A DNA stretch of 64,000 nucleotides from an uncultured Chloroflexia bacterium (GCA_963816135.1 CAWFJD010000014.1:16687-80686), one strand, 5' to 3'; shown: positions 38,280-49,341, numbered from the stretch's first letter. The notes: a model not told the origin generated them from the sequence alone. Made by a program: numbers and translations.

Positions 38280-39644
38280 ATGGCAGAGCCCTTTGGACCG
38301 GCGCCCGACGTCGAGCTGACCGAAGAACTGGCAAGGGAGGCCGCGGCGGCGGCTGAGCTGGCCGCGCATGCCCGGGACGCAAAGGCCGGGCCGCGCCCGT
38401 CGCTGCTGCGCCATGCCGGCTTCGTGAAGATCTGGTCGGCGGCCACGGTCAGCATGATGGGCAGTCAGGTGACCCAGATCGCCCTGCCGTTCATCGCCAC
38501 GGTGACCCTCGGCGCGACACCCTTCGAAGTCGCGCTTCTCGGCATGATGGACATGCTCCCGTTCATCCTGTTCACGCTGCCGGCAGGCGCCTGGCTGGAC
38601 CGAATCCGACGCCGGCCGGTGCTCATCCTGGGCGACTTCGGCCGGGCGATCGCCCTGGCGACGATCCCGCTGGCCTACGCGGCGGGCGTGTTGACGATCT
38701 GGCAGCTGTATGTCGTCGGCTTCACGACCGGCATCCTCACGGTCCTCTTCGACGTCGCCGATCAGTCCTACCTGCCGGTCCTGATCGACTCGGACGACCT
38801 CGTGGAGGGCAACGCCAAGCTGCAGATCTCGGCCTCCGGGGCCCAGATCCTGGGGCCCGGCCTGGGCGGCGGTCTCATCAGCCTCGTTGCGGCGCCCTTT
38901 GCCATCATCGTCGACGCCATCAGCTTCGTCGCGTCGGGAGCGCTCATCTCGCTTATCCGAAAGCCGGAACCGAAGCCCAAACGAACGGTGGACACCAGCC
39001 TGCGCCTCGAGATCCGCGACGGGCTCCACTACGTGCTCGGCAACCCCTACCTGCGCATGATCGCCGGGGCAACTGGAACGTCCAACCTGGGATCGTCGAT
39101 CCTCTTCGCCATCTTCCCGGTCTTCGTCTATCGCGAACTGGGCCTCAGCCCTGGACTCATCGGCCTGAGCGGCAGCCTGGCCGCGTTCGGGGTGCTTCTG
39201 GGAGCGTTTACCTCGGCCCCGCTGGCCCGCCGTTTTGGAGTCGGCCCGGTCATCATCGGCTCCATGTTCATCAACGGCCCGGCCATGCTCCTGATGGTCT
39301 TCCTGCCTTCGACGGCGGTCGTGGCGGGCGCGTTGCTGATCGGGGCCCAGTTCGGGGCCGGATTCTCCGCGGTTGTCTACAACGTGAACCAGGTCAGCTT
39401 CCGGCAGGCGATCACACCCCTGGACCTCCAGGGCCGGATGAATGCGACGATGCGGTTCATCGTCTGGGGAACGATGCCCATCGGCTCGCTGCTCGGCGGC
39501 GTCCTCGCCACCTTCATCCCCCTACGAACCACCGTCCTGATCGGGGCACTCGTTGGCATGTCGGCGTTCCTGTGGGTCCTCTTCTCGCCCATCAGATCCC
39601 TGCGGACGATCCCCACCACGCGGAACGCGTCCGCGCCGGACTGA
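38280..39644 (+). CDS. MFS transporter (EntS/MFS_3-like)
   Basis: Intact 454-aa ORF with about 12 hydrophobic segments and the loop motif LPAGAWLDRIRRRPVLI after TM2. Confidence 0.85.
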   Translation: MAEPFGPAPDVELTEELAREAAAAAELAAHARDAKAGPRPSLLRHAGFVKIWSAATVSMMGSQVTQIALPFIATVTLGATPFEVALLGMMDMLPFILFTLPAGAWLDRIRRRPVLILGDFGRAIALATIPLAYAAGVLTIWQLYVVGFTTGILTVLFDVADQSYLPVLIDSDDLVEGNAKLQISASGAQILGPGLGGGLISLVAAPFAIIVDAISFVASGALISLIRKPEPKPKRTVDTSLRLEIRDGLHYVLGNPYLRMIAGATGTSNLGSSILFAIFPVFVYRELGLSPGLIGLSGSLAAFGVLLGAFTSAPLARRFGVGPVIIGSMFINGPAMLLMVFLPSTAVVAGALLIGAQFGAGFSAVVYNVNQVSFRQAITPLDLQGRMNATMRFIVWGTMPIGSLLGGVLATFIPLRTTVLIGALVGMSAFLWVLFSPIRSLRTIPTTRNASAPD

Positions 39645-39851
39645 CGCTCCAGTGCCGCCCACGCGTCGACGAACCTGCTGACGAGCCAGCAGACGCGCAG
39701 GCTGAAACCATCTCGAATTGGAAGAACCGACCTCCTGGTGCGCCCGTAGTCATGAATGCACGGCCATCCCGATCGTGTGGAGACGGGTGAACGTGGCGGC
39801 GATGCCCAACCAAGCGCCGTCCGATCGGGCCAGTCAATCAGGAGAGAACTC

Positions 39852-40790
39852 ATGCGTCCCAGTTCACGTTCGATGTCCTTTGCCGGCCTCGCCGTCGGCG
39901 CCCTGCTGGTAGCCGCCGCGTGCTCGTCGGCAGGTAGCACTCCCGTAGCGAGCGTCCTCGGCGCCACGGCCACTCCCGCCCCGGCAGCCGGCCTGACGCT
40001 GGCGTCGTCGAGCACCACCGCTCTGGGCGAATTCCTTACCGGCAATAACGGCATGACGCTCTACGTCTTCACCAAGGACAGCCCCGACAAGGCAACGTGC
40101 ACCGGCCAGTGCGCGACATTCTGGCCTCCGCTCACCGTCCCGGCCGGCACGACTGTCACGGGACCCGCCAGCGCGACAAAGGGCTTCGGGACCATCCAGG
40201 ACGCCGACGGCTCCACCCAGGTCACGTACAACCACATGCCGCTCTACTACTTCGCCAAGGACACCAAGGCCGGTGACACGACGGGCCAGGGCGTCCAGGG
40301 CGTCTGGTTCGTGGCTTCGGAGAGCGGCGCTATCCCGACCGCGGCCGCGAGCCCGAGCACCGCTGCCGCGGGAGGCTCAGGCCTGGCTCTTGCGGAGATG
40401 AACACCAGCCTCGGCACGTTCCTCACCGGCAAGAACGGGATGACCCTCTACTTCTTCACCAAGGACACTCCAGACAAGTCGACCTGCACCGGTCAGTGCG
40501 CCACCTTCTGGCCTCCGCTCACGGTTCCGGCCGGAACGACGGTGACCGGACCCGCCGACGCGACGATGGCCTTCGGAACGATCACGGACGCGGACGGCTC
40601 TACGCAGGTCACGTACAACCACTTGCCGCTGTACTACTTCGCCAAGGACACCAAGGCCGGCGATACCACGGGTCAGGGCGTCCAGGGCGTCTGGTTCGTG
40701 GCATCGGTGAGCGGCTCGGTCTCGAGCGCGGCTCCCGCCGGCGGCGCCGGTGGCGCGCAGCCCAGCGCGAGCGCGGCCTACGGCTACTAA
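39852..40790 (+). CDS. Secreted lipoprotein with two COG4315-type repeats (Yx[FWY]xxD-motif family)
   Basis: AGGAGAG plus ATG at 39852. Signal and lipobox: FAGLAVGALLVAAAC. Two ~129-aa modules are highly similar (LTG.NGMTLY.FTKD.PDK.TCTGQCATFWPPLTVPAGTTVTGP...TQVTYNH.PLYYFAKDTKAGDTTGQGVQGVWFVAS). The period is 387 nt (40026-40328 versus 40413-40715). Confidence 0.8.
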   Translation: MRPSSRSMSFAGLAVGALLVAAACSSAGSTPVASVLGATATPAPAAGLTLASSSTTALGEFLTGNNGMTLYVFTKDSPDKATCTGQCATFWPPLTVPAGTTVTGPASATKGFGTIQDADGSTQVTYNHMPLYYFAKDTKAGDTTGQGVQGVWFVASESGAIPTAAASPSTAAAGGSGLALAEMNTSLGTFLTGKNGMTLYFFTKDTPDKSTCTGQCATFWPPLTVPAGTTVTGPADATMAFGTITDADGSTQVTYNHLPLYYFAKDTKAGDTTGQGVQGVWFVASVSGSVSSAAPAGGAGGAQPSASAAYGY

Positions 40791-40839
40791 TAACTACTGA
40801 CTAGCGGTGCCGGTCCCTCGCGGCCGGCCCGGTGCACTC

Positions 40840-40868
40840 GAGCCCGCCGGCGCCCGACCGGCGGGCTC
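40840..40868. terminator. Bidirectional hairpin between convergent genes
   Basis: GAGCCCGCCGG-cgcccga-CCGGCGGGCTC, a perfect 11-bp stem. Confidence 0.55.
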
Positions 40869-40899
40869 GACGTATGTCCGGCAAGCGGACCATGCCCCC

Positions 40900-41730
40900 T
40901 CAGGATGGCAGGAGCACGCTCGCGAACGCTTTGGCAATGACCCTGTAGCCCTCGCGGTTGGCGTGGACATCCGGCCCGAGGGGTGGCGGCGTGCCCGCCC
41001 ACGTCCACTGGCAAACCCGGGCCACGTTGAGTGGAACCTGTCCAACGCCCGGCAGCTCAACCTGAGTGTCGAAGTCCTTCGTGGCGAACGAGCCCTCGAC
41101 GTCCGCGCAGGGCAACCCCGCGGCGCGATAGCTTGCGACGAAGAACTCGTTGATCGGCACGACCGCATCCCAGACCGACTTCCTGGCTTCTTCCCTGCCT
41201 TCGGGGCCGAGCAGCCAGCGCGGCAGGAACGGGTCGTACATCGTCATGCCGGCCATCGGAGTGTCCGGGCCGGCGGCGTCGCGCAATCGGTCGAGGATCG
41301 ATGGCAGGTTGGCGGCGATACTCGCCAGGCCCGCGGGCACGGCTTCGAGTTCATGGGCGAGGAAGTCGTTGGACCCGATGTCGATGGTCACGAAGGCGAC
41401 TTCGCCGCGATGAGCCCGCAGGAACGAGACCGCCTCGTCGAGCTGAGCGCCGGCCGGATAGGAGGCAAGCCCGCCCTCGATCATCGTCGTCGTCGACTCA
41501 CCCGGGCATCCGAGCTTGACCGTTTCCAGCCGTGGGATCCGGACCCGGGCCATGGCGTCGAATTGATCCGCGTAGCCGTCTTCTGTCCGGTACATCCGCT
41601 CTGGGGCGCCGGTGGGCTGGACGCCCGTGGAGAGCGAGTCGCCGAGCGAGAGGTAGAAGCGGCGCTCATGGTCCGGCCGGCCGAACGCGAAGCGCCCGGA
41701 TGGAGGCGGCGATGTCATTGCCTTGAACAT
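40900..41730 (-). CDS. SGNH/GDSL family hydrolase
   Basis: Intact ORF. Block I is YLSLGDSLSTG and block III is TIDIGSNDF. The C-terminal DVHANREG matches the DxxH block. Confidence 0.8.
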   Translation of the reverse strand: MFKAMTSPPPSGRFAFGRPDHERRFYLSLGDSLSTGVQPTGAPERMYRTEDGYADQFDAMARVRIPRLETVKLGCPGESTTTMIEGGLASYPAGAQLDEAVSFLRAHRGEVAFVTIDIGSNDFLAHELEAVPAGLASIAANLPSILDRLRDAAGPDTPMAGMTMYDPFLPRWLLGPEGREEARKSVWDAVVPINEFFVASYRAAGLPCADVEGSFATKDFDTQVELPGVGQVPLNVARVCQWTWAGTPPPLGPDVHANREGYRVIAKAFASVLLPS

Positions 41731-41940
41731 ATTCGCCTGCCCTCCCTCCCAATCGTAGATCGGATCGTTCCGCCCAAGTCGCCAGCCGGCATCCCCTTCT
41801 CCGGGCCATCTCCGCCGAGGCTACCATCGGCCAGGGCGCTGCCGGTGTCGGCTCGCAGACAGTCTACGAACAGGAGATACTGCACCGCAGGCACGCGCGA
41901 GTCGTGACCAACCGGCCAGCCCAGAACGCGGCACCCCGAA

Positions 41941-43359
41941 TTGGGCGCCTCGGGCAGGTCGGAACCAGGAGGTGCGTGCCCTTTGAGCCAGGCTACCAGC
42001 GAGACGGAACGCACCGCCGCCGCCGCGGCGACGGATGAAGGCCGGACGCTCGACGGCAGGCCTACGAAGGCTCTGCCCCTGGTGCAGCTGCTCCGCATCT
42101 CGGCCTACTGGCTGGGCATCTCGGCGGTCTGGAGCGGCGTTCTCGACATCCTGGACAACCGCCTCCAGTTCACCCACATCGTTCCGAAGGGCTCGGAGGG
42201 CATCGGCGCCTTCCAGATCGCGATCCTCGGCACGTTCATCGCCATCGCCGTCCAGCCGACCGTCGGCACGATCAGCGACTACACGATCACGCGCTGGGGT
42301 CGTCGAAAGCCCTACATCTTCATCGGCGCGCTGCTCGACGTGGTCTTCCTGTGGGGCATGGCCACTTCCAACGAGATCTGGATGATCGCGGCCTTCGTCG
42401 CCCTGCTCCAGTTCAGCTCCAACTTCGCCCAGGGGCCGTTCCAGGGTTACGTCCCGGACCTCGTCCCGGCCAAGCAGGTCGGGCTGGCCTCCGGCCTCAT
42501 CGGGCTGTTCGGCGCCCTCGGCAATGTGGCGGGCTACGCGGTGTCGGCGGTCGCCCTGCGCTACTCGGCCGTGGACGGAAACGCGTTCCTGTACGGGACG
42601 ATGGCCATCGGCGTCATCGAGTTCCTCACGATGCTCAGCGTCGTGGTCCGGGTCGACGAGGGCAAGCGCGTCAAGAAGCGCAACGGCCGCTCCTGGTTCG
42701 CCATCGCCCGAGAGGCGTGGGGCATGGACATCCTGCGGGAGCGGAGCTTCCTCTGGCTCGTCGGCTCGCGTTTCTGCATCCTCACCGGCGCGTCGGTCTA
42801 CCCGATCATGGCGACCTTCTACCTCGCCCAGGTCTTCGGCCTCAACGCCGCACAGGCCGGCGACGTGAAGCTCGAATTACTCGGCATCGTCGGCCTCTGC
42901 GTCGTCGTTTCCGTCGTACCCGCGAGCCGGCTCTCGGACAGGATCGGCCGAAAGAAGGTGATCTACGGATCGTGCGTCGCGGGGGCCATCGGACTGGCCA
43001 TGGGGGCCGTCGCGCCTGTCCTGCCCGTGGCCCTCGTCGGCGCCGGGGTCTTCGCCGTGGCGGCCGGATCGTTCCTGGCCGTGGATTGGGCCCTCATGAG
43101 CGACATCGTCCCCAAGGCGTCCACCGGCCGCTACATGGGCATCTCCAACGTGGCCACCGCCTCGGCCGGGACCGTGGCCCTGGCGCTCGGCGGAGCCGCG
43201 GTGATGGACACGTTCAACCACCTGTTCTGGTACGGAGCCGGGCCTCGGGCCGCGCTCGCCTTCGGCGTTGGGCTCTATATCGCGGGGGCCCTGCTCCTCA
43301 AGCCCGTTGTCGAGAGGCGGGTAGAAATCGAGGCCGCTCCGGCGGGAGCGGCCTCGTAG
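41941..43359 (+). CDS. MFS transporter (start codon uncertain)
   Basis: 472-aa ORF with about 12 TM segments (LLRISAYWLGISAVWSG.., ..TISDYTITRWGRRKPYIFIGALL..). The first ~40 codons are low-complexity, so the true start may lie downstream. Confidence 0.8.
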   Translation: MGASGRSEPGGACPLSQATSETERTAAAAATDEGRTLDGRPTKALPLVQLLRISAYWLGISAVWSGVLDILDNRLQFTHIVPKGSEGIGAFQIAILGTFIAIAVQPTVGTISDYTITRWGRRKPYIFIGALLDVVFLWGMATSNEIWMIAAFVALLQFSSNFAQGPFQGYVPDLVPAKQVGLASGLIGLFGALGNVAGYAVSAVALRYSAVDGNAFLYGTMAIGVIEFLTMLSVVVRVDEGKRVKKRNGRSWFAIAREAWGMDILRERSFLWLVGSRFCILTGASVYPIMATFYLAQVFGLNAAQAGDVKLELLGIVGLCVVVSVVPASRLSDRIGRKKVIYGSCVAGAIGLAMGAVAPVLPVALVGAGVFAVAAGSFLAVDWALMSDIVPKASTGRYMGISNVATASAGTVALALGGAAVMDTFNHLFWYGAGPRAALAFGVGLYIAGALLLKPVVERRVEIEAAPAGAAS

Positions 43360-43422
43360 GAAGGGGTTGTTCGGCTTCATGCGGCCATTGGCGCCGGCCG
43401 CCGACCGAGACTCAGTGCTCGG

Positions 43423-45025
43423 TCAGTCGTTCCAGGTCTCGATCTGTCGCATCAGGACCAGGAAGTCGTGGACTCTCTCTGTGTCCGGCAGCTGCCCTGC
43501 CAGGATCGCGGCCGCGCCCTGGAGATCTCGCATCGAGTAGCCCGGGATCCAGGGGCTCTTTCGCAGGACCTCGGCCGTGGCGGCCACGAGCGAGTCGAGC
43601 TTGAAGTGGGGGTCCGCCGAGGCGAAGTCGCGGGCCAGATCGGATCGGTTGACGTCCTTGGCCATCTCGGTGGACTGGCCGGAAGCCGGATCGGTCCAGC
43701 GCAGCGTGACCGTGGCAAGCCTGGGATCCTGGCCTTCGGAAGGCCGTAGCACCAGGGCGTAGAGGGCCGTGACCTGGTGGCCCGCGCCGATCGCGCCACC
43801 CTTCTGATCGGGGTTTCGGAACTGGTTGTCGGGGACGCCGCGATCCTCGTAGCCGATCTGGCGGTAGCCCGCGACCATGGCCGGGTTGAAATCGATCTGG
43901 GCTTTGGCATTGATGGCGACCGTGTCGATGGTCGTCGTCAGCTCGTCGACGAAGATCTTGCGGGCCTCGTCCTGATTGTCCACGTAGGCATAGAAGCCCT
44001 GGCCCTTGTCGGCGAGCTGCTCGAGCAGGGCGTCGTTGTAGTTGCCCATGCCCACGCCGATGGCCACGAGCTGGATGTGGTCCGTGGTCGCGCTGCCGAC
44101 CTCGTTGAGGATCGTCTGCGAGTCGACGTTACCGGTATTCGCTACGCCGTCCGTGGCGAGCACGACGCGGTTGAGGCCGCTCTGCTTGTACTGCCGTCGG
44201 GCCATGTCGTAGCCGAGCTGGAGCCCGGCCTCGACGTTGGTGCTGTTCGTTGGCTTGAGCCTGGCGATCGCGGACAGGATCGTTTGTCGGTTCTCGGCCG
44301 AGGTGGGAGTCAGGATCGACGGAGGCGGTGTCGCTGAAGGCAACGATGCCAACGCTGTCGTCGCCGCGGAGCTGGGCCACGAGAAGGGCGAGCGACTGCT
44401 TCACCAGCTCGAGGCGACCGCCGTCGGCCATCGAACCGGAGACGTCCACGACGAAGGTGAGGGCGGCCGAGGGCCGCTGATTCGCGGACACGTCGTGGGC
44501 CTTGACGCCAATCCTGACCAGGACTTCATTCTGGCTGAGGAATGGAGTGGGACCTCCATCCGCGTGGATCGCGAAGGCGCCCGACTCGGGGCCGGCATAG
44601 CCCTGGTCGAAGTAGTTGACCCACTCTTCGGGCCTCACGCTCGCCGGGTCCGGCCGCGCGCCGCTGGCGATGTACTTCCGCGCGACCGTGTAGGAGGCCG
44701 TGTCCACGTCCAGCCCGAAGGTGGACAGGTGGTCGGTCATGGTATCGACGTACGGGTTGGTGCCCAGGCTCGGGAATATGACCGGCGGCACGGGGACCTG
44801 CGCCGGTGGCGTCTCCCACGGGTAGGGCGTCTGGCCGGCGGCTGGCGTCTGCCACGGATACGGAGTTGCCTGCGGCCATTGCTGCGCGGCCGAAGCCTGT
44901 GCAGCCGGCGTCGCGGGCGCGTACTGCTGATTCGGCGGGTTCCACGCGGTCGGCGTGGCGGACGAAGACGAGCATGCCGTCGCGGCCACGCAGATCAAGG
45001 CACAGCAAAGCAAGACACGACGCAT
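43423..45025 (-). pseudogene. von Willebrand factor type A (YfbK-like) lipoprotein; 1 frame break near 44340
   Basis: MRRVLLCCALICVAATAC lipobox. Then STFGLDVDTASYTVARKYI.., and the MIDAS motif in FVVDVSGSM. ORF 43423-44352 supplies ..NRVVLATDGVANTG.. and the C-terminal YfbK-type domain. Confidence 0.8.
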
Positions 45026-45388
45026 TGGAGATCCCCTTCCTGTAGACGGGCCGAGTCGCGGAGGCAGCACGGCAGCCGAAACCGACTCCCCGGCTTTTTC
45101 CAGGAGTCCCCTGCCCTGCTTCCTCTGATCGCCGCTACGGCGTGGCGATCCAGGTACCGCCGCCGGCGAGTCATCGCCTTGAGCGATCCCTGCGGTGTCA
45201 CCGTCCGCTTGCGCGACCCGATCCCGCTGCCTTCTATACGGCCCAGGGTCAGCCGCGGATCATGTCCCTTGTGGGTCACATCCCACGTGATCGCGCTTCG
45301 ACGAAGGTCGGGCACGAATCGCCGGAACCGTACGGGCTCGCTCTCCGATCGGGATGTAACCTTTCGCTCCGGAGCAGAAGAGGTGCGG

Positions 45389-46351
45389 ATGGACGGTCTG
45401 GGCCAGTACGTTCTCAAACTAGAGCCGCAGTTCAGGGAGCGCGTCTGGGGCGGCCAGCGGCTCAAGGCGGCCGATCCACCGATCGGCGAGGCGTGGATCG
45501 CGTACGGGCCCAGCCGGGTCGCGGAGGGTCCGCTGGCGGGCAAGAGCATCGACCAGCTGATCGCCGACGATGCCCCGGGGCTCCTTGGCACGCTCGGCGC
45601 CGAGCGTTATGGCTCGCGATTTCCGCTGCTCATCAAATTCCTCGACTGCAAGGATTGGCTGTCGGTCCAGGTGCACCCAAACGACGAGCAGGCCCGCCGG
45701 CTCGTGGGCCCCGGTGAATTCGGCAAGACCGAGGCCTGGTACTTCCTCGAGGCGGAGCCGGGTGCGCAGATCCTGGCGGGCGTCAAGGCGGGCGTTTCAG
45801 CCGAAGAGCTGGCCGCCGCGATCCGAGGAGGCGGCATCGTTGACGTCGCGGAACGGATCGACGTCCACTCGGGCGAGGCGCTTCTGATCCCCGCGGGAAC
45901 GCTCCACGCCCTGGGGCCCGGGCTCCTCCTCTACGAGATCCAGCAGGCCTCGGACACGACCTACCGAGCCTACGACTGGGGTCGGCCGATGTCCGCGGGG
46001 CGAAAGCTGCACATCGAGGAATCGGTGGAGGTGACCACTACCGACCCGGCCTGCGATCGAGCGCGACCTCGAGTGGACGGTCCTGCCGGCACGGCCACCG
46101 CGGTTTCCTGCGACTACTTCGACCTGGACCTTGGCCGGGTCTCGGATGGCGCGCCACTGGCCGGTTCCACGGGCGGCCGCCTCTTCCATATCGTTACGGT
46201 GGTCGACAGTAGTGTGGAAATCCGCTGCGGGGACGAGTCGGTGGAACTCGACCGCTTCGAAACCGCATTGGTTGCCGGCTCGGCAGGCGACTACACGGTG
46301 AGCTCGCGCCACGGCAGCGCGACGCTTCTGCGCGCCGCCATTCCCGAGTAG
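45389..46351 (+). CDS. manA: Type I mannose-6-phosphate isomerase (cupin)
   Basis: This is the last 320 codons of ORF 44237-46351, from ATG 45389. Motifs: RVWGGQRL, FPLLIKFLDCKDWLSVQVHPND, GKTEAWYFL, IPAGTLHALGPG, and LYEIQQASDTTYRAYDW. Confidence 0.85.
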   Translation: MDGLGQYVLKLEPQFRERVWGGQRLKAADPPIGEAWIAYGPSRVAEGPLAGKSIDQLIADDAPGLLGTLGAERYGSRFPLLIKFLDCKDWLSVQVHPNDEQARRLVGPGEFGKTEAWYFLEAEPGAQILAGVKAGVSAEELAAAIRGGGIVDVAERIDVHSGEALLIPAGTLHALGPGLLLYEIQQASDTTYRAYDWGRPMSAGRKLHIEESVEVTTTDPACDRARPRVDGPAGTATAVSCDYFDLDLGRVSDGAPLAGSTGGRLFHIVTVVDSSVEIRCGDESVELDRFETALVAGSAGDYTVSSRHGSATLLRAAIPE

Positions 46352-46379
46352 TCCTTCCGCGCCGCTTTCGGAGGAAACG

Positions 46380-47279
46380 ATGCACGTCGGATTGCTGATC
46401 CCGCAGGGCTGGAAGTACGAATACAACGGCTGGGACGCGGCCACGGCCTGGGCCCGGACCCTGGAGCTGGCCAAAGACGCGGAGGAGTTGGGGTTCGAGT
46501 CGGAGTGGCTCTTCGACCACTTCCACACAGTGCCGGACGCCCAGGACGAGATCACCTTCGAGTCATTCACGACGCTCACGGCCATGGCCGGCGTGACCTC
46601 TCGCGTCCGACTCGGCCATATGGTCATCTGCACGGGGTTCCGGAATCCCGCGCTGGTCGCCAAGCTCGCATCCACGCTCGACGTGGCGAGCAACGGCCGC
46701 TTCGAGCTCGGGATCGGCGGCGGCTGGAAGGAAGAGGAGTGGCTGGCGTACGGCTACGGCTTCCCGCCCGTTGGCGATCGGCTCGGCGCGCTCCGCGACG
46801 CGCTTGAAGTGATCACCCGGATGTTCGGACCCGGGCGGGCCACCTACGAAGGCAAGTTCTTCTCGGTCGCGGGCGCCATCAACATGCCAAAGGGCATCCA
46901 GAAGCCGCGTCCTCCGATCATCGTCGGCGGAAACGGCAAGGACGTGACCCTGAGGCTGGCCGCCAGATACGCGGACGAGGCCAATCTCGTCTACGCGAGC
47001 CTGGACCACGTCGCCGAGCTGATCCCGATAGCCCGGGCGCGCTGCGAGGAGATCGGCCGCGATCCCGCCAGTCTCCGGATTTCGTTCTACTGCCGGGACG
47101 AGGACATGATCGACGCCGGCCAGCAGCGGGTCGACTTCATCGGCCGGGCGCGCGAGCTCGGCCTGGTCCGGCTCATCGCCTTCCCGACTCGCTGGGATCC
47201 CACGCGCGAAACGCAGGCGCGCTTCGCCGAGGACTGCCTCGCGGCCGGCGCCGAACTGGCGACTACCGCGCAGGTCTAG
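46380..47279 (+). CDS. Luciferase-like monooxygenase (LLM) family oxidoreductase, probably F420-dependent
   Basis: Intact ORF with GFESEWLFDHF, RLGHMVICTGFRNPALVAK and FELGIGGGW. Confidence 0.85.
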   Translation: MHVGLLIPQGWKYEYNGWDAATAWARTLELAKDAEELGFESEWLFDHFHTVPDAQDEITFESFTTLTAMAGVTSRVRLGHMVICTGFRNPALVAKLASTLDVASNGRFELGIGGGWKEEEWLAYGYGFPPVGDRLGALRDALEVITRMFGPGRATYEGKFFSVAGAINMPKGIQKPRPPIIVGGNGKDVTLRLAARYADEANLVYASLDHVAELIPIARARCEEIGRDPASLRISFYCRDEDMIDAGQQRVDFIGRARELGLVRLIAFPTRWDPTRETQARFAEDCLAAGAELATTAQV

Positions 47280-47284
47280 GTAGG

Positions 47285-48286
47285 TCAGGTCGGCCTGATG
47301 GGGCCCGAACCCGCGGAAGTCGACTCGAGCGCCTGCTCGATCTCCGCGCGATCCTGGTCGGTCAGTGCGAGAGAGCCGCCGCCGATCCAGCCGTCCACCT
47401 GCTCGGGCGATCGCGCGCCGACGATGGCCGCCGTAACGCCCGGCCATGAAGCGGCCCAGGCAAGAGCCACTGCCGAAACCGTGGTCTCGTGCCGCCGGGC
47501 GATGGGTTCGAGCGCGTCGCGCAAGGCCACGTTCCGCGACAACGCCGGTTCGACGAAATTCGGCGAGCGCTTGCGCCAATCGTCGTCAGCCATGGCCGCC
47601 ACGCGAGCCGGGCTGAAGGAGTCCGTCAGGATGCCCGACGACATCGGGCTGTAGACGATGACGCCGGTCCGGTGCGCGGCCGCCCACGGGATCACGCCAC
47701 TCCCCGCGGTCCGGTTGATCAGCGACAGGGGCGGCTGCAGCGAGTCGACGTGGCGGACCTTCTCGCAGCGCTCGAGGCGTTCCACGTCGTAGTTGCTGAC
47801 GCCGATTGCCCGCACCTTGCCCTCGTCTACGAAGCGGGCCATCTCACCCCAGGAGTCCTCCACCGGGACGCCGGACTCGTCGGGCCAGTGGATCTGGAAG
47901 AGGTCGATGACTTCCACACCGAGTCGGCGCAGAGACGACTCGAGGTCGCGCCGAAGGGAGTCGGGCCGCGAGATCCGTTTGGCGGGAGCGGGCGGATTGG
48001 CCGGGTCCCAGACGAGGCCGCCCTTCGTGAAGACGAGCGGCTTGTCGGTCCCGGGAAGCTCGCGGAGCGCCCGCCCGACGACTTCCTCGGAGTGGCCCAG
48101 GCCGTAGACGCCGGCGGTGTCGATCCAGTTGACGCCCTCGGAAACCGCCCGATGGATGGCTCGCACCGAAGCGTCGTCGTCCTGCGGTCCCCAGCCGAAC
48201 GCCCAGCCGCCGCCACCCGTCGCCCATGACCCGAAGCCGACGGTGGTGAGCGACAGGCCGCTCGTGCCCAGATCGCGCGTGTGCAT
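47285..48286 (-). CDS. Aldo/keto reductase
   Basis: Intact 333-aa ORF with GFGSWATGGGGWAFGWG, NWIDTAGVYGLGHSEEVVG, FTKGG, IDLFQIHWPD and AIGVSNY. Confidence 0.9.
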   Translation of the reverse strand: MHTRDLGTSGLSLTTVGFGSWATGGGGWAFGWGPQDDDASVRAIHRAVSEGVNWIDTAGVYGLGHSEEVVGRALRELPGTDKPLVFTKGGLVWDPANPPAPAKRISRPDSLRRDLESSLRRLGVEVIDLFQIHWPDESGVPVEDSWGEMARFVDEGKVRAIGVSNYDVERLERCEKVRHVDSLQPPLSLINRTAGSGVIPWAAAHRTGVIVYSPMSSGILTDSFSPARVAAMADDDWRKRSPNFVEPALSRNVALRDALEPIARRHETTVSAVALAWAASWPGVTAAIVGARSPEQVDGWIGGGSLALTDQDRAEIEQALESTSAGSGPIRPT

Positions 48287-48400
48287 CGACTGCGAAACCT
48301 CCGAGATCGACCTGCTGGATGGCCAACCGTACCGCTCCGCCGGGCTTTCTGCCCGAACCGCGGTCAGGCCGATCGGCCCACGCTTTCCGGGCCGTTCGGG

Positions 48401-48429
48401 CTATCATGACGATATCAGAGTGATATCAT
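48401..48429 (+). promoter_or_regulatory. AT-richer patch with an extended -10-like TGATATCAT and two GATATC sites 11 bp apart
   Basis: ctatcatgacGATATCagagtGATATCatcc. GATATC is at 48411-16 and 48422-27. GGAGG is at 48451 and ATG at 48464. Confidence 0.3.
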
Positions 48430-48463
48430 CCAGCGGATTGAAACCCCGTTGGAGGCTCATTCG

Positions 48464-49341
48464 ATGATCAAGGAGCGGGCGGCATTCGCCCTGCCGGGCT
48501 GGCTCACCCTGTTTGCCCTTCTGGCTACCAGCATCGTCCTTACCGTGGCAGTGGTCTGGGCCGCGGTCAGCCGAGGCCCTGGCGTTGTTCAGTGTCCTGC
48601 TGGTCGTCTATGTCCTTCACTTCCTGCTCTACGGCGGTTTCACGGCCGTCGCGCCCAACGAGGCACGCGCGATCGTGCTGGTCGGCCGGTACAAGGGCAC
48701 CGTCCTCCGCCAGGGTTTCTGGTACGTCAATCCGTTCTCCTACCCACGCAAGAAGATCTCGATCAAGATCCGCAACTTCGAGAGCGCGCGGCTCAAGGTC
48801 AACGACCACGACGGCAACCCAATCGAAATCGCCGCGGTCGTCGTCTGGAAGGTCGTCGAGACCGCGGAGGCGCTCTTCGAGGTCGACGACTACGAGCAGT
48901 TCCTCAAGGTCCAGACCGAAGCGGCGATTCGAACCGTCGTCACCTCCTACCCGTACGACGCGCATGTCGAAGGCGAGCTGTCGCTGCCTGCGCAACCCGC
49001 ACGAGATCGGCGAAACCATCAAGGCCGAGATCCAGAGCCGCCTCGACAAGGCCGGCATTCAGATCACCGATGCTCGCCTCAGCCACCTCGCCTACGCCCC
49101 CGAGATCGCCAACGCGATGCTCCGCCGCCAGCAGGCCAACGCCGTCATCGCGGCCCGCTCTCGGATCGTGGAAGGAGCCGTCGGCATGGTCGAGATGGCC
49201 CTCGCCGAGCTCTCGAAGAAGAACGTCGTCCAGCTCGACGAAGAGCGCAAGGCGGCGATGGTGAGCAACCTGCTCGTGGTCCTGTGCAGCGAGCACGAGA
49301 CGCAGCCCGTGGTCAACGCGGGCACGCTCTACCAGGGCTAG
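48464..49341 (+). pseudogene. SPFH/band-7 (stomatin/flotillin-like) membrane protein; 2 frame breaks
   Basis: Stitched pieces: [34 protein letters not shown]; ..[49 protein letters not shown]..; and ORF 48592-49341 tail ..[34 protein letters not shown]... Confidence 0.8.

Noticed and set aside
37182-39029. A 615-aa minus-strand ORF
   Set aside because: It is antisense to the intact LysR regulator and MFS transporter. Its composition is dominated by R/G/D/E/P and it has no motifs. It is a shadow ORF.
39852-40790. The internal 387-nt duplication in the lipoprotein gene as a recent duplication event
   Set aside because: The two-module architecture is the normal form of this COG4315-type family. 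The copies also differ by many synonymous substitutions, so this is an old domain repeat and not a notable rearrangement.
44237-46351. A 704-aa plus-strand ORF
   Set aside because: Only the last 320 codons (manA, from ATG 45389) are protein-like. The N-terminal part is antisense to the vWA lipoprotein gene and is Arg/Gly-rich.
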